From contig NC_042998.1 of assembly GCF_006345805.1 (NCBI RefSeq), positions 173,662,001 through 173,726,000 on the forward strand: DNA of 64,000 nt, given 5' to 3'. Positions 63,834 through 64,000 of this stretch are shown here, piece by piece (positions within the stretch are counted from its first letter, which is position 1; each line of letters opens with the position of its first letter). Under the pieces are notes generated by a model. It was not told where the DNA came from and made no database searches. It worked only from the letters and a program-made list of their open reading frames with translations. Made by a program: the position numbers and the translations under genes. The DNA comes from Octopus sinensis (Eukaryota).

Positions 63834-63961
63834 AAGACATCTCCTCCAGCTGGCTAACGACGCACAGTTTGTACCCGATCACTATTTGCGGGATGATTTC
63901 CCTTCGCAAAAATTGATCGGGCACAGACAGTGTGTCGTTAGCCAGCTGGAGGAGATGTCTT
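63834..63961. repeat. 128-bp imperfect GC-balanced hairpin (MITE- or pre-miRNA-like)
   Basis: AAGACATCTCCTCCAGCTGGCTAACGAC...TTTGCG pairs with CGCAAA...GTCGTTAGCCAGCTGGAGGAGATGTCTT. Confidence 0.8.
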
Positions 63962-64000
63962 CTTAGGGCTGTAAACTACAGTAGCATCGTTCCATATGAG

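Overview
AT-rich, microsatellite-dense eukaryotic DNA made almost entirely of repeats. I infer a cephalopod (Octopus-like) source from recalled SINE consensus sequences; this was not verified by search. I cannot support any host protein-coding gene, and nearly all ORF-track entries are microsatellite read-throughs or transposon remnants. The window holds decayed Tc1/mariner/pogo and hAT elements, three Helitron remnants, RTE, R4/Dong and gag-like LINE fragments, three tRNA-derived SINE families and many Penelope-like (PLE) terminal fragments and foldbacks. The main hidden signal is a diverse set of hammerhead ribozyme (HHR) motifs in unrelated non-coding repeats. (1) A 355-nt monomer lies between two type I HHRs (19.3-19.7 kb), directly downstream of a SINE Pol III head with no T4 run in between. 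(2) A five-HHR array of 471-475-nt units forms a 2.1-kb foldback (39.1-41.3 kb). (3) A 1.8-kb foldback carries one HHR per arm (55.6-57.4 kb). (4) A 303-nt dimer has an HHR core in each unit (58.6-59.1 kb). (5) One HHR has a compensatory U3-A8 core (60.4 kb). (6) One is a candidate permuted type II HHR (63.4 kb). Together these look like a retrozyme/PLE-derived self-cleaving RNA repertoire. All folds were derived by eye, and catalytic activity, expression and novelty are untested. Some duplications may be assembly artefacts.
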